From: Candidatus Moraniibacteriota bacterium
GTDB taxonomy: Bacteria > Patescibacteriota > Minisyncoccia > Moranbacterales > UBA1568
NCBI GenBank assembly: GCA_016699385.1
Contig: CP064974.1
Span: 890,617-954,616 of the forward strand
Reading direction: 5' to 3'
DNA length: 64,000 nt
Under the pieces are notes generated by a model. That model was given only the letters and a program-made list of their open reading frames with translations. It searched no databases and was not told the origin of the DNA. A program made the translations under genes and the position numbers. The first letter of the stretch is position 1, and every line of letters starts with the position of its first letter. Below are positions 59,305 to 64,000 of this stretch, one piece after another.

Positions 59305-60303
59305 TTGACGGTTCATACTTCTCTCCGGCACAATACGGAGGTGAAACGACCCTCCAATACAAAAAGCGTCATTCTCCTTTTCGGTGCTATTGGCATCGGA
59401 TGGGCTGTATTCCTCTTTTTTCACAGCGACACCTCCACAAAACAAACAACCAAAAAACCAGAAACATTTCCCATAACTTTTATTCTTGATCAGCTGACAC
59501 TACCAGAACAAGCACATGCCGGCGAGACTGTCGGAGAAATCCTCAAACGTGTCGGTATTTCCTATACAAAAGGGGATGATCTCATTCCATCCAAAGAAAC
59601 GCAATTGACGACGAATATGCTCGTAAGTCTTGTGTCTACCAAGAAATATTCCATCGACACCAAGGATGGGAAGCGCGAAGGCAAAACAACGCTTCGCACT
59701 GTCGGACAACTCCTCAATGAGCAAGGAATATCACTTGGGAAGAATGATCTCGTCACACCAGACACCGAGAAAGCGCTCACTGACAATGTTCACATTTCCG
59801 TCATTCAGGTTGATATCCGAAGCGAAGTGATACGTAAACCCATTGCCTTCACGGTGCAAGAATCCGAAGATGCGACACTTTCTTGGAGGAAGCGTCTCAT
59901 TACCCAAAAAGGCGAAAAGGGAATTCGTGAGCTCACCTACGAAGTCGTTTCTCATGATGGAAAAGAAATAAAGAGAACGCTCGTAGAAAGTAAAATAACC
60001 AAAGAGCCTCTCCCGGAAATCGCCACCCAAGGCACCAAGGTCGAAGTCGGCAAGAAACACACAGGGCTCGGATCATGGTATAGTTTCACCGGAACCCTCT
60101 CTGCCGCCAATCCATGGCTCCCAATCGGCAGCTATGTCCGCGTCACCAACACCGAGAATGGCAAATCCGTCATTGTCCGCATCAATGACCGCGGTCCCTT
60201 CGGCAAAAATCGCATTATAGATCTCGACCGCGTCGCTTTTGAGAAAATCGCCTCAATCGGCGCCGGCATCATCCCGGTAAAAGTCGAGGAAATCACCAAC
60301 TAA
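59305..60303 (+). CDS. DUF348-G5-RlpA-like (double-psi beta-barrel) cell-wall protein (YabE-like)
   Basis: N-terminal TM anchor, a G5 domain, and a C-terminal GLGSWYSFTGTLSAANPWLPIGSYVRVTNTENGKSVIVRINDRGPFG RlpA/DPBB signature. Confidence 0.7.
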   Translation: MTVHTSLRHNTEVKRPSNTKSVILLFGAIGIGWAVFLFFHSDTSTKQTTKKPETFPITFILDQLTLPEQAHAGETVGEILKRVGISYTKGDDLIPSKETQLTTNMLVSLVSTKKYSIDTKDGKREGKTTLRTVGQLLNEQGISLGKNDLVTPDTEKALTDNVHISVIQVDIRSEVIRKPIAFTVQESEDATLSWRKRLITQKGEKGIRELTYEVVSHDGKEIKRTLVESKITKEPLPEIATQGTKVEVGKKHTGLGSWYSFTGTLSAANPWLPIGSYVRVTNTENGKSVIVRINDRGPFGKNRIIDLDRVAFEKIASIGAGIIPVKVEEITN

Positions 60304-60305
60304 GA

Positions 60306-61127
60306 ATGCTCAATTTTGAATCTGAAATTTCCCTTATGTTCCCAAAAAAATCGTTCAGCCAAAATTTCCTCCACGATGAAAAAGTGGTGAGCAATATCGT
60401 TCAACTCGGGCAAGCAAACACTTTTGACTGGATTGTAGAAATTGGCGCGGGCGAAGGAGTCCTTACAGAAGCACTTGCGCAAGAAGGAGCGCACATCGTT
60501 GCGCTCGAGTTTGACCGCGACCTCATTCCTGGACTCCTCAGACGCTTTCCACTCGCTTCACCGGTATCTCTTGTAGAGGCGGATATTCTCCGCGCCAATA
60601 TCCCAGAGATACTCCAACAGAAAGGATATGAAGTGGGTGATTCTTGGGCAGTATTTGGCAATATCCCCTATGCGATTACCGGAAAAATTCTCCGGATACT
60701 TGTTTCGCTTGCGGATATCCCCGACTCCATCGTGCTCATGATGCAAAAAGAAGTCGCCGAACGAATCGTTGCACACAACCATCGTCAGTCACTCCTCTCC
60801 CTCTCAGTTGCTCTCTTTGGAGAAGCTGAGATACTTTTTGCTGTCCAAAAAGAAGCTTTTTTTCCCGCGCCACAAGTAGAGAGCGCTGTCATTCGCATCA
60901 CCCCAAACAAACACTGCCTCCCACTTGAAGAGCGCGAACACATCCTCCGCCTTGCCAAAATCGGTTTTGCCTCCAAGCGGAAAACACTGCTCAATAATTT
61001 CTCGGCACACCATGCCTATTCAAGAGAACTGCTCATACACTTCCTTGAGAGCATCGGGAAAACTCCCTCCGCTCGCGCTGAAGAGCTCTCGGCAGAAGAA
61101 TGGAAGCAGTTTGCACAGCATTTTTGA
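60306..61127 (+). CDS. rsmA: 16S rRNA (adenine1518/1519-N6)-dimethyltransferase
   Basis: GQNFL, VVEIGAGEG SAM motif and FGNIPY; 273 aa. Confidence 0.9.
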   Translation: MLNFESEISLMFPKKSFSQNFLHDEKVVSNIVQLGQANTFDWIVEIGAGEGVLTEALAQEGAHIVALEFDRDLIPGLLRRFPLASPVSLVEADILRANIPEILQQKGYEVGDSWAVFGNIPYAITGKILRILVSLADIPDSIVLMMQKEVAERIVAHNHRQSLLSLSVALFGEAEILFAVQKEAFFPAPQVESAVIRITPNKHCLPLEEREHILRLAKIGFASKRKTLLNNFSAHHAYSRELLIHFLESIGKTPSARAEELSAEEWKQFAQHF

Positions 61128-61137
61128 GAGACATCAA

Positions 61138-62775
61138 CTAGAGCAATACACTTACTGCCAAAAATCCATAGCCGGAAACGAGCGCAAGTATCCACCAAAA
61201 CACTGATCGGTAGGTTATCCTGCCGGTTTTTTCTTTCATGGAAAGCACGGTCCAAAATGACGCCCCACCAAAAAGAAGTGCCGGGAGAAACAATGAAGAA
61301 GCGTGAAACACGAAAACACTCGCTATAAAAGAGAGGAAAATGCCAGAGGCTACGGCCAATTTCGCCCATCGGACACCGAGCAATACCGGAAGCGTCCAGA
61401 CAGAATTTTTCCCATCACCCGAGACATCTTTGAAGTCTTTGAGCGGAATGGAAACCGCGTAGGCAAAAATGAAAAGGCTGATAAATGACGTGGGGAGATG
61501 AGCAATTGTCCCCTGAGGGGCAAAAAGCATGAAACCAAGGAACAGAATCAGCACACTCGCAACCGCACTCGCAAACGACGCCACCACCGGAAATCGCTTA
61601 AGTCGAAAGGGTGGCGCAGAATATACCCACGCAAGTGCCTGATACACTAAGAGGAGAAGAGCGCTCTTCATATTTACAATTGCTGGAAGAAATATCGACG
61701 CCACAAAAAAACCACTCCCAATCGCTCCATAGAGCGCAGGGGACACATCCCCCATTGGGAGTGGACGAGAAGTATTTGTCTCACAATCAATCGCTCTGTC
61801 AAAAAAATCATTTGCCACAACCGACGCAAGCCATGCTGAAACTATCCCCACTAGCAAAAGGAAAAGCGCAAAAATATCGAAGAGCCCGAGAGCTGAAAGA
61901 GAGAATGTCGCATCTGTCACAACAAATGAGAGCCCCATACCAACAAAAAAAAGTCCGGCATGGTACACCGCCTGCGGAAGGCGCGCATTTCGAAACAGCG
62001 CGTAAAAAATTTTCCTGTGAGAAAAAAAGAGCCATATTCCCACGACAAAAGGGAGCATCGCACCATACGTCAGACTCATCTTGATATTCAAGACTGACCG
62101 AGGATCTGAAATTGTGTGCAAAAAGAGAGAAAGTGGCGACAAGAAAATTGCCGCCACATCGGGAGAACGAAGCGTCCATTGTCCTTTGGAGACTCCATCA
62201 ATAAGAAGTGCCGCCCATGAAGGGAATGTCCCCAGAAAAAAGAGGAGGGTATACGCCGAAAGAGCTGCCCAACAAGACCAGAGCACTCGGCGCGTCTTCC
62301 AGAAAACATAGAGCCCAAAGCATATCGTCACCAGAGCCACTTCCGCGCGAACGCCATAGGTAATACCAAGATCCGGTCGATCCCCAAAAAAGGTGAGATA
62401 CCGCCCAAGGAGCCCAGAGAATCCATCAAAAATATAGAAACTCCAGAGTCCCGTCCCGCCAGAAACAAAGAAGTCAATAATTGGAGGTGAAAGAATAATA
62501 AGGAAACCAAACAACAGCATATTCGACGCAACCGCCAACGAAACACGTGTAAAATGCTGAAATATCGGAAGAAACAGCAAGAAAGACAAGAGAAAAAACA
62601 AAACGTTGTGCGTCCATTCAAAGAAAAGAAATCCTACTGAAAGACTTCCGAAGTCAAAAAGCCATGACTCCACCAAAAGCCGCAGAGTAATAAGACCAAA
62701 AAAGGCGCCGAGCCACAGTCCGAGACTTGTCTCAGACTTCTCAATCGCTTGAATAAGCGCTCGCGGAAATTTCAT
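61138..62775 (-). CDS. Polytopic membrane protein with C-terminal UbiA-family prenyltransferase domain
   Basis: Start MKFPRALIQ. About 300 aa of N-terminal TM domain, then NDFFDRAIDCETNTSRPLPMG (UbiA NDxxDxxxD motif) and further TM helices. Confidence 0.65.
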   Translation of the reverse strand: MKFPRALIQAIEKSETSLGLWLGAFFGLITLRLLVESWLFDFGSLSVGFLFFEWTHNVLFFLLSFLLFLPIFQHFTRVSLAVASNMLLFGFLIILSPPIIDFFVSGGTGLWSFYIFDGFSGLLGRYLTFFGDRPDLGITYGVRAEVALVTICFGLYVFWKTRRVLWSCWAALSAYTLLFFLGTFPSWAALLIDGVSKGQWTLRSPDVAAIFLSPLSLFLHTISDPRSVLNIKMSLTYGAMLPFVVGIWLFFSHRKIFYALFRNARLPQAVYHAGLFFVGMGLSFVVTDATFSLSALGLFDIFALFLLLVGIVSAWLASVVANDFFDRAIDCETNTSRPLPMGDVSPALYGAIGSGFFVASIFLPAIVNMKSALLLLVYQALAWVYSAPPFRLKRFPVVASFASAVASVLILFLGFMLFAPQGTIAHLPTSFISLFIFAYAVSIPLKDFKDVSGDGKNSVWTLPVLLGVRWAKLAVASGIFLSFIASVFVFHASSLFLPALLFGGASFWTVLSMKEKTGRITYRSVFWWILALVSGYGFLAVSVLL

Positions 62776-62839
62776 ACACGAAGCATAGCAAATCAAAAGC
62801 CACTCGCACAACTTTCGGCAATCATGATAGAGTGTATCC

Positions 62840-64000
62840 ATGACTCCACTCGCCTCAAACCTCAATCCAGAACAACGTCGTGCCGTTGAAACAACCGAGG
62901 GTCCTGTGCTCATTGTTGCGGGCGCCGGAAGCGGCAAGACAAAAACCCTCACCCATCGCGTCGTCCATCTCATGCAAGAAAAGGGCGTTTCGGCACAACA
63001 CATACTCGCCGTCACTTTTACCAATAAAGCGGCCGAGGAAATGAGAGGGCGCGTGGCATCACTCCTCTCGCAAACAACGAAAAAACCACCTCTCTTTGGA
63101 AAACAGCCTGTCGGACTGCCACACATTGGCACTTTTCACAGCATTTGTTCACGCATTCTCCGCAAAGATATCGCTGTACTCGGATACAAGACAACCTTTA
63201 CCATACTCGACAGCGATGATCAGCTCGCCCTCATGAAGCGCACCATGAAATCCCTCGAGATTGACCCAAAAAACATTCATCCTCGTGCGCTTCTCGATGC
63301 CGTCTCCAGAGCCAAAAACCAGCTCCTCGACGAGCTCGTCTTCGAATCCCGAGCCGGAAGCTATTACGAAGAACTCGTCGCCAAAGCCTATCGGAAATAT
63401 CAGGAAGAGCTTCGCAGCAATCACACACTCGACTTTGACGATCTCTTACGGCTCACCATACAGATCTTTCACACACATCCAGAAACCCTCAATCACTATC
63501 GAAATCTCTTCCACTACATCATGGTGGATGAGTATCAAGATACCAATCACGCACAATATACCCTCATTCACCTTCTCGCTGAAAAACACCGCAATCTCTT
63601 TGCAATTGGCGACGACTACCAGTCTATATACGGCTGGCGACAGGCAGATATCCGAAACATTCTCAACTTCGAAAAAGATTATCCCGAAGCTACTATTGTC
63701 ACGCTCGATCAAAATTACCGATCAACGCAAACAATCCTCGATGCCGCCGGAAGCGTGATCGCCAAAAACGCCAACCAGCGACACAAAAAACTCTGGACAT
63801 CGCAAGAGGGAGGAGCGCCGCTCACTATTTTCGAAGCCGAAGACGAACGAGGCGAGGCAGACTATGTCATCCGAAAGATTCAGGAGACTGCCAAAAATGC
63901 CAGTAAAGACATAGACGCAAAACAAACTCGATCATTCTCGGAGTTTGCCATTCTCTATAGAACCAACGCACAATCCCGAGCACTCGAAGAAGCCTGCCTC
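62840..64000 (+). CDS. uvrD: UvrD/PcrA-family DNA helicase (5' partial, runs off the window)
   Basis: MTPLASNLNPEQRRAVETTEGPVLIVAGAGSGKTKTLTHRV (helicase motif I), ...FTNKAAEEMRGR and later DEYQDTN-type motifs. No stop codon before the window end. Confidence 0.85.
   Translation, partial: MTPLASNLNPEQRRAVETTEGPVLIVAGAGSGKTKTLTHRVVHLMQEKGVSAQHILAVTFTNKAAEEMRGRVASLLSQTTKKPPLFGKQPVGLPHIGTFHSICSRILRKDIAVLGYKTTFTILDSDDQLALMKRTMKSLEIDPKNIHPRALLDAVSRAKNQLLDELVFESRAGSYYEELVAKAYRKYQEELRSNHTLDFDDLLRLTIQIFHTHPETLNHYRNLFHYIMVDEYQDTNHAQYTLIHLLAEKHRNLFAIGDDYQSIYGWRQADIRNILNFEKDYPEATIVTLDQNYRSTQTILDAAGSVIAKNANQRHKKLWTSQEGGAPLTIFEAEDERGEADYVIRKIQETAKNASKDIDAKQTRSFSEFAILYRTNAQSRALEEACL

Noticed and set aside
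61611-62084. 157-aa plus-strand ORF inside the UbiA-family gene; minus ORFs 63149..63428 inside uvrD
   Set aside because: Antisense shadow ORFs.
1-64000. rRNA genes or prophage structural/integrase genes
   Set aside because: No rRNA-like conserved strings and no integrase, terminase or capsid-like ORFs were seen. The mobile-element signals are limited to tRNA fragment scars and the TA pair.

Overview
This window reads as a reduced-genome, monoderm (probably Patescibacteria/CPR-like) chromosome segment, which is my inference from gene content and protein architectures. Housekeeping genes are scattered rather than in canonical operons. infB has no nusA upstream, cca follows it, rbfA sits elsewhere, and rpsO is far from pnp. 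The S1 and L19 proteins carry Lys-rich extensions. Recognisable genes are infB, cca, nrdB-nrdA-sodA-peroxiredoxin, rluD, rpsA, rpsO, gyrA, rplS, a family-4 UDG, nrnA, rbfA, ftsH, tilS, gmk, glmS, pnp, yraN, a dksA-like gene, lspA, comM, ksgA, a UbiA-family membrane protein and a partial uvrD/pcrA. There are 12 intact tRNA genes in several clusters, and at least three tRNA-derived fragments or duplicated 3' ends (Ser, Phe, Gly). A Doc/HTH toxin-antitoxin pair sits next to the Gly duplication, and a compositionally atypical islet follows tRNA-Ser. The standout feature is a 2.3 kb ORF-free, AT-rich region (about 38.9-41.2 kb) densely packed with 16-bp palindromes matching the ParB-binding parS consensus (TGTTNCACGTGAAACA). 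It is flanked by divergently oriented genes and is a candidate chromosomal centromere / origin-proximal partition array. Other notable items are a cluster of three paralogous VirB2/TrbC-like helical-hairpin modules (one embedded in a large Cys/Thr/Gly-rich secreted protein), an ApbE flavin-transferase plus FMN-binding-protein pair, a family of short intergenic inverted repeats, and a small-peptide gene followed by a structured terminated 3' region.
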